From Sulfuricella sp. (GTDB lineage: Bacteria; Pseudomonadota; Gammaproteobacteria; Burkholderiales; Sulfuricellaceae), in NCBI GenBank assembly GCA_023266195.1, contig JAHFRP010000002.1, positions 154,779 through 218,778 of the forward strand: a DNA stretch of 64,000 bases, written 5' to 3'. Of this stretch, positions 30,222 to 38,993 are shown piece by piece. Within the stretch, counting starts at the first letter, position 1. Each line of letters opens with the position of its first letter. The notes beneath the pieces are model-generated. The model had not been told where the DNA came from and made no database searches. It was given only the letters and a program-made list of their open reading frames with translations. Made by a program: the position numbers and the translations under genes.

Positions 30222-31387
30222 ACGACAAGAACAAGGGCCTTGCCACCCGCTGCATCCATGCAGGCGAAATCAAGGATGCCCATGGCTCGCCGCATACGCC
30301 GGTTTATACCAGCACCACCTTCAAGTTCGACTCCACCGCCGACCTGCTCGACGTGGTGGACGGCAAAAAGCCGGGCAGCCTCTATACGCGCTACGGCCTC
30401 AACCCCACCCTGTTCAGCCTGGAAGAAAAGCTCGCCGCGCTGGAAGGCGCGGAGGCGGCCTGGGCGTTTTCCTCGGGCATGGCTGCGGAAGCCGCGCTGT
30501 TTTTCGCTCATGGGCGCAAGGGCGTGGTCTGCATCGGCGACGCCTACGGCGGCACCATGGAGTTCCTCGCCAGCCAATTGCCCGAGCTCGGCATCCCCAC
30601 TCATTTTCTCCTCGGCAGCGAGCTCGATGGGTTGAAGACCTTTCTGGAAACGGGCGCCAGCCTGGTGTTTTTCGAGACGCCGACCAACCCGACGCTGGAA
30701 GTGCTGGATATCCGCAAAATCAGCGATGCGGCCCACGAATACGGCGCTCTGGTGGCGGTGGACAACACCTTCGCCTCGCCGGTGAACCAGAATCCGCTGG
30801 CGCTCGGCGCGGATTTCGTCGTCCACAGCGCCACCAAGTATCTCGGCGGCCACAGCGACATTACCGCTGGTGCCTTGATGGGGCCGAAGGAGCTGCTGGC
30901 GCCGGTGTGGAACTGGCGCAAGAACCTGGGCGCCATGATCGCGCCGGAGACCGCATCGCTGCTGGCGCGCAGCCTGCGCACCCTGGTCGTGCGGGTGGAG
31001 CGGCAGAACGCCACGGCTCAGATCGTGGCCGAGGCGATGGCTGGGCATCCGGGCGTGGCGCGGGTGTTTTATCCCGGCCTGGCCGATTTCCCCGGCCATG
31101 CCGTGGCCAAGTCGCAGATGCACGGCTTCGGCGGCATGCTGACGCTGGAAGTCAAGGGTGCATACGAGGATGCGGTGCGGATGGTGGACAAACTCAGGCT
31201 GTTCGCCATCGCGCCCAGCCTGGGCGGGGTGGAAAGCCTGGTTACCATGCCGGTGACCACTACCCATCACGGATTGGCGCCGGATGAGCGCGCGCGGCGC
31301 GGCATCTCCGACACCATGGTCCGGCTCTCCATCGGTCTGGAGGACGCCGCCGACCTGATCGCCGATCTGGGGCAGGCGCTCGGTTGA
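30218..31387 (+). CDS. Cys/Met metabolism PLP-dependent lyase (cystathionine/methionine gamma-lyase family)
   Basis: YTRYGLNPT, FSSGMAA, ETPTNP, VDNTFASP, HSATKYLGGHSD (PLP Lys), SLGGVESL, VRLSIGLED. Confidence 0.93.
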   Translation: MNDKNKGLATRCIHAGEIKDAHGSPHTPVYTSTTFKFDSTADLLDVVDGKKPGSLYTRYGLNPTLFSLEEKLAALEGAEAAWAFSSGMAAEAALFFAHGRKGVVCIGDAYGGTMEFLASQLPELGIPTHFLLGSELDGLKTFLETGASLVFFETPTNPTLEVLDIRKISDAAHEYGALVAVDNTFASPVNQNPLALGADFVVHSATKYLGGHSDITAGALMGPKELLAPVWNWRKNLGAMIAPETASLLARSLRTLVVRVERQNATAQIVAEAMAGHPGVARVFYPGLADFPGHAVAKSQMHGFGGMLTLEVKGAYEDAVRMVDKLRLFAIAPSLGGVESLVTMPVTTTHHGLAPDERARRGISDTMVRLSIGLEDAADLIADLGQALG

Positions 31388-31508
31388 GGCAAACGAAACA
31401 CGATGGAGCGCTGAAATAGAACAGGAGCTCAATACGTCGCAGGCATGCCAACCGTAGTCAGTTTCTTGTTCTACAATGAAGAATGATAGCTGACCTCGGG
31501 ATGAAGCC

Positions 31509-33542
31509 ATGCCGCGCGACCTTCCTATCGGCAACGGTACGTTGCTGGCCGCTTTCGATTTCGATTACCAGATTCGCGATTTCTACTATCCCCGCGTCGG
31601 CAAGGAGAACCATGCGCTGGGCTATCCGTGGCGGTTCGGCGTGTGGCTGGAAGGGGAGTTTTCCTGGCTCGGCCGCGGGAGCTGGGCGCTTCACCGGGAC
31701 TATATCGCCGACACGCTGGTGACCTCGGTCAGCGCGACCCATCCTCGTTTCCCGCTGCGCCTCTATTTCAACGACGCCGTCGATTACGAGAAAAATATCC
31801 TGGTGCGGCGCGTGCGAGTGCAGAACCTGTCAACCCGCACGCTGGCGCCGCGCATTTTCTTCCACACCGATCTCAACGCGATGGAAAACGAGATCGGCGA
31901 CACGGTGTTTTTCGACCCCAAGAATGCCTGCCTGATCCATTACAAGGGCCCGCGCTATTTCCTGACGAGCTGCGCCACGGAAGCCACGCTCGGCGTCACC
32001 CATTTCGCCACCGGCACCAAGCGCAACCGCGGCCTGGAGGGCACCTGGCGCGACGCCGAGGACGGCGAACTGGGCGGCAATCCGATTTCCCAGGGCGCGG
32101 TGGATTCGGTCATCGGCATTCATCTTTCGATCGATGCCGGGCAGGAAACGGTTTGCCACTACTGGATGGCGGTGGGGGAAAACTATCGCGAGGTGGAGGA
32201 ACTGCATCGCCTGGCGATCCAGCTCGGGCCGGATCGCCTGATCGAGCGCAATACCGATTACTGGCGCCGCTGGATACTCGCCGGGGAAAAGGATTTTTAC
32301 GGGCTGCCGCCGCTGCTGGCCGAGCGCTACAGGCGCAGCCTGCTGGTGCTGCGCACCCAGATCGACCGGGGCGGGGCGGTGATCGCGGCCAACGACACCG
32401 ATATCCGCCAGTTCAACCAGGACACTTACAGCTACATGTGGCCGCGCGACGGCGCGGTAGTGTCGCAGGCGCTGGATCGCGCCGGTTATGGCGGGCTGAG
32501 CCAGCGGTTTCTGGAATTTTGTGCGCAAAAAGCGGTCAACTACAATTATTCGGCCAGTATCCTGGCCGAGACCGGTTTTCTCATGCACAAGTACAATCCA
32601 GACGGTTCGGTCGGCAGTTCCTGGCAGCCCTGGCTGCAGGGCGAGGAAATGGTTTTTCCCATCCAGGAGGACGAGACGGCCCTGGTGATTTGGGCCATCT
32701 GGAACCATTACCTCGTTCATCGCGATATTGAGGCGATCCGGCCGCTTTACAGTCCTTTTGTCGAGCGCGCCGCCGATTTCCTGATGGACTTCCGCAGCGA
32801 CAAGACTGGATTGCCGCTGCCGTCCTACGACCTTTGGGAAGAGCGGCGGGGCGTATTCACCTACACCACGGCCACCGTGATTGCCGGCCTGAAAGCCGCT
32901 GCCGGCCTGGCGACACTGTTTCAGGATGCACGCGCAGAAGCCTATCTGGCCGGCGCACTGGAAGTGCGCGAGGCGCTCGACCGCCATCTCTACTGCCAGC
33001 GCGACGGCCGTTTTGCCCGCGGCATCCTGTTCGACGATGGGCTGCAAATCCGCGATTCCACGGTCGATGCCAGCCTGCTCGGCCTGGTCGTTTTCGGCGG
33101 CTACGATCCGCTCGACGAACGCATGGCCAGAACCGCGCAGGCGGTCGAGGAGCGGCTGTGGGTCAAGGTCGGCAGCGGCGGAGTGGCGCGCTACGAAGGC
33201 GACAGCTACCAGCGGGCGATGGAGAGCGCGGGCGCGCCGGGGAACCCCTGGGTGATTTGCACGCTTTGGCTCGCCCAATACCGTATCGCGGCGGCGGGCA
33301 GCCGCAAGTCCCTGGAGGACGTCATCCCCCTGCTGGCTTGGGCCGCCGAACGCGCGCTGCCGTCCGGGATATTGCCGGAACAGGTGCATCCCGTCACCGG
33401 CGAGTTCCTTTCCGTGTCGCCCCTGACCTGGAGCCACGCAACGCTGGTGGCCGCCATGCTGGATTATGCGGAGAAGGCCAAGGCGATGAGGCGCCGCAGC
33501 GACATTCCGGACCTCGCATTTTCCGGTAGGGATAGGAGGTAA
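31509..33542 (+). CDS. Glycoside hydrolase family 15 (glucoamylase-like)
   Basis: 677 aa; YMWPRDG, DLWEE (catalytic acid), LPEQV (catalytic base), SPLTWSHA. Confidence 0.92.
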   Translation: MPRDLPIGNGTLLAAFDFDYQIRDFYYPRVGKENHALGYPWRFGVWLEGEFSWLGRGSWALHRDYIADTLVTSVSATHPRFPLRLYFNDAVDYEKNILVRRVRVQNLSTRTLAPRIFFHTDLNAMENEIGDTVFFDPKNACLIHYKGPRYFLTSCATEATLGVTHFATGTKRNRGLEGTWRDAEDGELGGNPISQGAVDSVIGIHLSIDAGQETVCHYWMAVGENYREVEELHRLAIQLGPDRLIERNTDYWRRWILAGEKDFYGLPPLLAERYRRSLLVLRTQIDRGGAVIAANDTDIRQFNQDTYSYMWPRDGAVVSQALDRAGYGGLSQRFLEFCAQKAVNYNYSASILAETGFLMHKYNPDGSVGSSWQPWLQGEEMVFPIQEDETALVIWAIWNHYLVHRDIEAIRPLYSPFVERAADFLMDFRSDKTGLPLPSYDLWEERRGVFTYTTATVIAGLKAAAGLATLFQDARAEAYLAGALEVREALDRHLYCQRDGRFARGILFDDGLQIRDSTVDASLLGLVVFGGYDPLDERMARTAQAVEERLWVKVGSGGVARYEGDSYQRAMESAGAPGNPWVICTLWLAQYRIAAAGSRKSLEDVIPLLAWAAERALPSGILPEQVHPVTGEFLSVSPLTWSHATLVAAMLDYAEKAKAMRRRSDIPDLAFSGRDRR

Positions 33543-33547
33543 CGGTC

Positions 33548-34804
33548 ATGGAAGAGCAGGGCTACGGCGAAGTAATCCCACCGCTTTTCGACGACGCATC
33601 GCGTAGCCAGCGGCTGGCTTTTCTGGGTTTCGAGGCGCGGGACGCCGAACTTCTGCACGACCTTGAAGAACTGTTTCGCGAGCGGCGGGCCGAGATCGCC
33701 GAGCTGTTCTATCAACACCTGCTCGCCTTCGAGGATACCCGCCAGGTGTTCAAGGACGAGGCCATGGTCTCCCGCCTCAAGGAGGCGCAGAAAGCCTATC
33801 TGATGCAGGCGCTGGCCGGGCCCTACGACGCCGCCTATTTCACGCGGCGCTGGCGCATCGGCTTCATCCACAACGTCGTCCGGGTGGAGCCGCACTGGTT
33901 CATCGGCGCGTTCCAGCTTTACCACCGCATCCTCTACCCGATGATCCTGGCGCGCTATTCGGCCGACGCGGCGGCGGTAGTGGACCACATTCTCGCCCTG
34001 GACAAGATCATGAATCTGGACATGCAGCTGGGCATCCAGAGCTACATGGTTCATTACTCCGCCGCCATGGACAAGCTGCAGGCGCTCAACAGCCAGATCG
34101 AGGCCGCCAGCGCGGCGAAAAGCCAGTTCCTGGCCAACATGTCCCACGAATTCAGGACGCCGCTCAACGCCATCATCGGCTTCACCGAAGTGCTTCAAGA
34201 CCAGCTTCCCGGGCCGCTCAACGCCGACCAGCTCGAATACCTGGGCGACATCCACAACGCCGGCCAGCTTCTGCTGCGCCTGATCAACGACGTGCTGGAT
34301 CTCGCCAAGGTGGAGGCGGGCCGTCTGGAGCTTTTCTACGAGACGGTGCCCATCGCGCAGACCATCCGCGAGACCATCACCACCTTGCGCGGCGCGGCGG
34401 AAAAGAAGGGGCTTACGATTCAATGGGACATCCCGCCCGATCTGGGCCTGATCAACGTCGACCAGATCCGTTTCAAGCAGATATTGTTCAACTTGCTGTC
34501 CAACGCGGTGAAGTTCACCGACCACGGTGGCGTGACCGTCACCGGCGCGATCGAAGGAGATCGGTTGCATGTGACGGTGGCCGACACCGGCATCGGCCTG
34601 CACCCGGAAGACATGGACCGGATTTTCGTCGAATTCAGCCAGGTCGATGCTTCCTATACCCGGCGCCATGAAGGAACCGGGCTGGGGCTGGCGCTTTCCA
34701 AACGACTGGTGGAAGCGCACAAGGGAAAAATCTGGGTGGAAAGTCAATTCGGTGCGGGCAGCACTTTCCATGTGCTGCTGCCGCGGCAGCCGATAACTTC
34801 TTGA
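33548..34804 (+). CDS. Globin-coupled sensor histidine kinase
   Basis: Sensor globin (ELFY, RIGFIH proximal His); SHEFRTPLNAI, NLLSNAVKFT, DTGIG, GTGLGL. Confidence 0.92.
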   Translation: MEEQGYGEVIPPLFDDASRSQRLAFLGFEARDAELLHDLEELFRERRAEIAELFYQHLLAFEDTRQVFKDEAMVSRLKEAQKAYLMQALAGPYDAAYFTRRWRIGFIHNVVRVEPHWFIGAFQLYHRILYPMILARYSADAAAVVDHILALDKIMNLDMQLGIQSYMVHYSAAMDKLQALNSQIEAASAAKSQFLANMSHEFRTPLNAIIGFTEVLQDQLPGPLNADQLEYLGDIHNAGQLLLRLINDVLDLAKVEAGRLELFYETVPIAQTIRETITTLRGAAEKKGLTIQWDIPPDLGLINVDQIRFKQILFNLLSNAVKFTDHGGVTVTGAIEGDRLHVTVADTGIGLHPEDMDRIFVEFSQVDASYTRRHEGTGLGLALSKRLVEAHKGKIWVESQFGAGSTFHVLLPRQPITS

Positions 34805-34807
34805 TTG

Positions 34808-34878
34808 TGAATTTTGAATTCAAAAGACGCCGCGTAGCGGCATCGCCATTCAAAATTCAAAACCAGGAATTCAAAATT
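34808..34878. repeat. Heptamer-periodic inverted repeat (ATTCAAA)
   Basis: tgaattttgaatt ... attcaaaattcaaaaccaggaattcaaaatt around an inner gccgc-gta-gcggc hairpin. Confidence 0.7.
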
Positions 34879-34916
34879 TGCTTTTTCCAGCTAGAAGCCA
34901 TCAACGAGGACTGAAA

Positions 34917-35747
34917 ATGACGGATGCGTCAAACGACCCTCAGAACGGCAGCGGACTCTGCCCGGACCAAGGCAGAGCCATCCTGGTGGTGGAGGACAAC
35001 CCGCAGGCGGCAAAACTCCTGTCGCTCTATTTGTCCCAGGCCGGCTACCGCGTGACGATAGCCGGGAGCGGCGCCCAGGCACTGGCGCTGGCCGGCCGAT
35101 GCCGCCCGACCGCAATTACGCTGGATTTGCTGCTGCCCGATATGGACGGCTGGGACGTGCTGGCGCAATTGAAGGCGACACCCGGTACGCAGGACGTCCC
35201 CGTCGTGATCATCTCCGTGTTGGACCGCCAGTCGCTGGGGTTCGAGCTGGGCGCGTCGGATTATCTGGTCAAACCGGTTGGGCGGAGCGAACTGCTCCGG
35301 GCGCTGGAGCGTTGCATGCCGCGGGACGAGGGTGTTTGCCGTAAGGTAATGGTGGTCCATACCGACCTCGACAAGTTGAACCTCCTGGCGATGGTGGTCG
35401 CGCAGGAGAGTTATGAAGTCGTTCTGGCATTGGGCGCCGACAAAGCGGCCTGGCTGGCCAAACACGTCCACCCCGATTTGGTGGTCACCGACTTGTTGGC
35501 CGGCGGGATGGACTGCTATGCATTGTTGGAGGGATTGCGAGCTGAACCGGAAACCGCACATGTTCCAGTTTTGGCATTGACCACCGGAATAGGCCATCCC
35601 GAAGGAAGCGGGGAGGGAGGCGACATTGAGTTTGTCCTGGTGCGGGACAATGAGCTGATTGAAGAAAGGCTGCTGGCGACTATTACTAGGCTATTCAAAC
35701 GGGGCAAGCTGGTCGCGGACGGAAAAAATAATGGAAGAACAACCTAA
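34917..35747 (+). CDS. Response regulator with tandem receiver domains
   Basis: REC1 LVVEDN...TLDLLLPDMDG...LVKPV; degenerate REC2; start at ATG 34917. Confidence 0.87.
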   Translation: MTDASNDPQNGSGLCPDQGRAILVVEDNPQAAKLLSLYLSQAGYRVTIAGSGAQALALAGRCRPTAITLDLLLPDMDGWDVLAQLKATPGTQDVPVVIISVLDRQSLGFELGASDYLVKPVGRSELLRALERCMPRDEGVCRKVMVVHTDLDKLNLLAMVVAQESYEVVLALGADKAAWLAKHVHPDLVVTDLLAGGMDCYALLEGLRAEPETAHVPVLALTTGIGHPEGSGEGGDIEFVLVRDNELIEERLLATITRLFKRGKLVADGKNNGRTT

Positions 35748-36126
35748 AACCATCCTGCTGGTCGAGGATGACCACGCCAACCGCAAGCTGATCCGCGTCA
35801 TCCTGGGCAAGCACTATCGCATCCAGGAGGCCGAAAGCGTCGAACAGGCTCTGGATTTGCTAAGGAACAGGAAGCCGGATTTGCTCCTGCTCGACATCCG
35901 CCTGGGGAGCGGCAGCGGACTGGACATCATCCGCGCGGTGCGGGAAAACGCCGAGCTCGATGCGGTTCCGGCTGTGGCGATCACGGCGCAAGCCATGAAA
36001 AACGACGAAAGCCGGTTCCTGGCGGCGGGTTTCGACGGCTACGTGAGCAAACCGATCGACACCCGGCTGTTGCCCGAGGTGGTGGAGCGTTTTCTCCGCG
36101 GCGGCAGGAGGGCGGGACATGCCTGA
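35731..36126 (+). CDS. Single-domain response regulator (DivK-like)
   Basis: LLVEDD, LLLDIRL, AITAQAM, GFDGYVSKPID; start at ATG 35731. Confidence 0.9.
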   Translation: MEEQPKTILLVEDDHANRKLIRVILGKHYRIQEAESVEQALDLLRNRKPDLLLLDIRLGSGSGLDIIRAVRENAELDAVPAVAITAQAMKNDESRFLAAGFDGYVSKPIDTRLLPEVVERFLRGGRRAGHA

Positions 36127-36820
36127 GGAACTGGCGACGATCCTGGTGGTGGACGACACGCCGCCCAACGTCAAGCTGCTGCGCCTGATCCTGAACGATG
36201 CCGGCTACCGGGTGCTGGAGGCGGCCAACGGCCCGGAGGCATTGGCGACGCTGCGCAGGGAGAAACCCGACGCCATGGTGCTGGACGTGCGCATGCCGGG
36301 AATGACAGGCTACGAAGTATGCAACGAAATCAGGCGTGATCCTGAATTCGCCATTCTGCCGGTGATCATGGTCACCGCCTTGTCCCTGCCGGAAGAACGC
36401 ATCAGGGGCATCGAAGCTGGTGCAACCGATTTCATCAGCAAGCCGTTCAACAAAAGAGAATTGCTGGCCCGGATCCAGGCCAGTCTGGCCTTGGCAAAAA
36501 ACGGCAGGAGCGGCATCGTTCCCCGGTTGCCGGGCGCGGTCGTGATCACCGATCCACTATGGAAAACGCTGGGCATGTCGCCGCTGGCCACGACTCTTCT
36601 GGGCATTCCGGCGCCAGGCGTGCAGGAATTCGACTTCAGCCAATTGTTCGGCGCGGACGAGAATCCCCTGGCTGCGGGCACCGGCGGCGATGCGCCTGTC
36701 GATTTCGTCCTGCATGCCCCGGCCACCCAAGCCACTCTGGATGCCCGCCAGGTCGCCATCACGGATCCGGCCGGGAAACTCGTCATGCGACTGATCACGC
36801 TGAGCGAGGCGGCGAGATGA
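36119..36820 (+). CDS. Response regulator with C-terminal PAS-like domain
   Basis: LVVDD, VLDVRMPGMTG, DFISKPF; C-terminal GAVVITD...ITDPAG has a PAS-like pattern. Confidence 0.82.
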   Translation: MPEELATILVVDDTPPNVKLLRLILNDAGYRVLEAANGPEALATLRREKPDAMVLDVRMPGMTGYEVCNEIRRDPEFAILPVIMVTALSLPEERIRGIEAGATDFISKPFNKRELLARIQASLALAKNGRSGIVPRLPGAVVITDPLWKTLGMSPLATTLLGIPAPGVQEFDFSQLFGADENPLAAGTGGDAPVDFVLHAPATQATLDARQVAITDPAGKLVMRLITLSEAAR

Positions 36821-36913
36821 AGTTATATGGCGAGTGCTCATTGTCTATACTGAAAACCACTGCCCCATGGCTCCCCGTGAGGTTCCCGCCAGGCAAGACT
36901 TCGGAGACTGATC

Positions 36914-37628
36914 ATGGACACCAGCAAAGCGGTAACGAAGCAAATCCACGCGGCGTTCGAGCGGGAAGCCCGCATCGGCCTGCACCATCACCCCATCGCC
37001 ATGGCTTTCGATAACGGCGTTCTGACGCTGGAAGGGGACGTGGCGGACATCGCCGCGAAGAAACTCGCCCTCGAACTCGGCGGCGCGGCGCATGGCGTCA
37101 GAGGCGTGGTGAACCGGTTGCGGGTGATTCCCGCCGAACGCAGGGGCGACGGCGATATCCGTGTCGCTGTCGGGAACTTTTTGTTGCAGGAACCCGCACT
37201 GAGCAATGTCGGCTTGCGGGCCTGGTACAAGGGGAGAGAGGAAAAACTGAGGGAAGCGGACTCCGGCGTGATCGAACCTGGCGGTGGAAGACGGGATCAT
37301 CACCCTGGATGGAGAAGTGATCAGTCTCTCTCACAAGCGTCTGACCGGCGCGTTGGCTTGGTGGACACCCGGCTGCCGCGATGTGATCAACGGCCTCGAA
37401 GTGGTGCCGCCCGAAGAAGACAGCGATGGCGAAGTCGTCGACGCCGTACGCCTGGTGCTGGAAAAAGACCCCCTCGTTCACGCCGAGCAGATCCGCGTCA
37501 GCGCTCAGGACTACGTGGTCACCCTGGAAGGGCTGGTAGGCACCACGGACGAACGCAAAATGGCCGAACTCGACGCCTGGTACGTTTTTGCGGTGAACAA
37601 GGTGATCAACAGGCTGGAAGTGGCTTGA
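36914..37628 (+). pseudogene. Three-BON-domain protein split by a 1-nt insertion
   Basis: BON motifs (LTLEGDV..VVNRLRV; ITLDGEV..VINGLEV; VTLEGLV..VINRLEV) continue across a frame change at GAACCTG (37274-37280). Confidence 0.85.
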
Positions 37629-37666
37629 GTTCGGCGTGTCGGTACGCATTACAGGCGGCAGCCCCG

Positions 37667-37728
37667 ATAGGTGCGTATTTATTCGCACCGCCCAGAAGCC
37701 TTGATGGTGCGAATAAATTCGCACCTAT
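37667..37728. repeat. REP doublet, family A (ATAG variant)
   Basis: ataggtgcgtatttattcgcacc / ggtgcgaataaattcgcacctat, 22/23 inverted match; between convergent genes. Confidence 0.85.
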
Positions 37729-37742
37729 AGTGTTCCCCAATT

Positions 37743-38237
37743 TCACCGCTCCCACACCACCCGCAGCAAGTCCTCCTGCTCGTTGTAGTGAAATTCCAGG
37801 TCGCCCTTGTAGGCGTGATGCAGCGCTTCGCCGATGTCGCGGGCGAGGTGGATTTCGGTAGTGGTGATCAGGATGCCGCCATCTTCGTCCTCGATCTTGA
37901 TGATCCGCTCCAGCGGGTGTTCCGCCTTGGCACGGGTTTCCTCGTTTTTTACCAGGTTCAGCAGTTCTTCCCGATGTTCCTGGAGAAAAGGCCCGCCCAC
38001 GGTCACGAAGCCGGCAGGCAATTCGTCCTGGATGCGATGGCAGGCGGGGCAGATTTCCTCGTGGGCATCGGCGGGCTTCGGCGCCCACTGCCAGCGCCCC
38101 TGGTGAAACACGGCCCCGCACACCGGACAACTGGTGGGCTCGGCCGGCTTCAGGCGCGCCTGATAGGCGTCGTGCCTGAACTCCTGAATCAGGCGATCCC
38201 GCCGGATGGGTTCGAAACCTGCAAATCGGGTTTTCAT
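37743..38237 (-). CDS. BCAM0308-family protein
   Basis: HDAY, CPVCGAVFHQGRWQW, CPACHRI, EHPLERII, HLARDIGEALHHAYKG. Confidence 0.85.
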   Translation of the reverse strand: MKTRFAGFEPIRRDRLIQEFRHDAYQARLKPAEPTSCPVCGAVFHQGRWQWAPKPADAHEEICPACHRIQDELPAGFVTVGGPFLQEHREELLNLVKNEETRAKAEHPLERIIKIEDEDGGILITTTEIHLARDIGEALHHAYKGDLEFHYNEQEDLLRVVWER

Positions 38238-38253
38238 GATTATTCTCCTTGAG

Positions 38254-38766
38254 CTATTTCGCGCTTTTTCTCGCCATCCTGAGCATTTCCTGCATGAAAA
38301 CCGGCAGGTCGGCGGGCTGTCGGGAAGTGACCAGGTTGCCGTCCACCACGACTTCGCTGTCTTCGTAGAGGGCGCCCGATTCCTTCAGTTCGTCGGCGAC
38401 GGAAGGGTAGCAGGTGGCGTGCCGCCCGGTGAGCACGCCGGCCGTGGTCAGGATTTGCGGCCCATGGCAGATCGCCGCGACCGGTTTATTCTTGCGGAAA
38501 AAATCCTTCGCGATTTCCAGGGCTGCCGGCTCCTTGCGCAAGGCCGCCGGCGCTTTGCCGCCGGGCAGTACGAGGAGATCGTAATCGTCCGGGTTGACGT
38601 CCCGCAGCGCCTTGTCCACCTCGACTTCATAGCCATGCTTGCCGATGATTCTCCTCCGCGAAACCGAAGCGACCTCCACCTTGAAGCCTTCTTCCTTCAG
38701 CCGATAATAGGGCACCAGAAGCTCGGTATCCTCGAAATGGTCCGCGCTGACGATCAATGCTTTCAT
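38254..38766 (-). CDS. PfpI/DJ-1 family protein
   Basis: FEDTEL, LVLPGG, AICHGPQIL nucleophile elbow, LVTSRQPADL. Confidence 0.93.
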   Translation of the reverse strand: MKALIVSADHFEDTELLVPYYRLKEEGFKVEVASVSRRRIIGKHGYEVEVDKALRDVNPDDYDLLVLPGGKAPAALRKEPAALEIAKDFFRKNKPVAAICHGPQILTTAGVLTGRHATCYPSVADELKESGALYEDSEVVVDGNLVTSRQPADLPVFMQEMLRMARKSAK

Positions 38767-38884
38767 GACGACCTCCTTCAGAATTGCTTGGGCCGCGTGG
38801 CGGCTTGCCTGGAATCATTATAGTCAACGGTTTTGGGGCGGAAGGGCGGCCAGTGCCGGAGTTGCGGAGTTGCCGGAGTTGTGT

Positions 38885-38932
38885 TGTGGGTACGGCTTTA
38901 GCCGTACAGTCAGGCTGAAAGCCTGACCCACA
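38885..38932. repeat. REP doublet, family C (GTGGGT type)
   Basis: tgtgggtacggctttagccgtaca followed by inverted related arm gtcaggctgaaagcctgacccaca. Confidence 0.85.
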
Positions 38933-38993
38933 GCAGCATCGATGAGAAAGCTTTCAGCCACGGATTGCCGCGAATCGAATCAAGCTTCCGTCT

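Noticed and set aside
31388-38880. FNR/ANR boxes upstream of the low-oxygen-like genes
   Set aside because: No TTGAT-N4-ATCAA match found by eye in the intergenic regions
38857-38882. GCCGGAGTT x3 micro-repeat upstream of the family C REP
   Set aside because: Short, single occurrence and compatible with slippage
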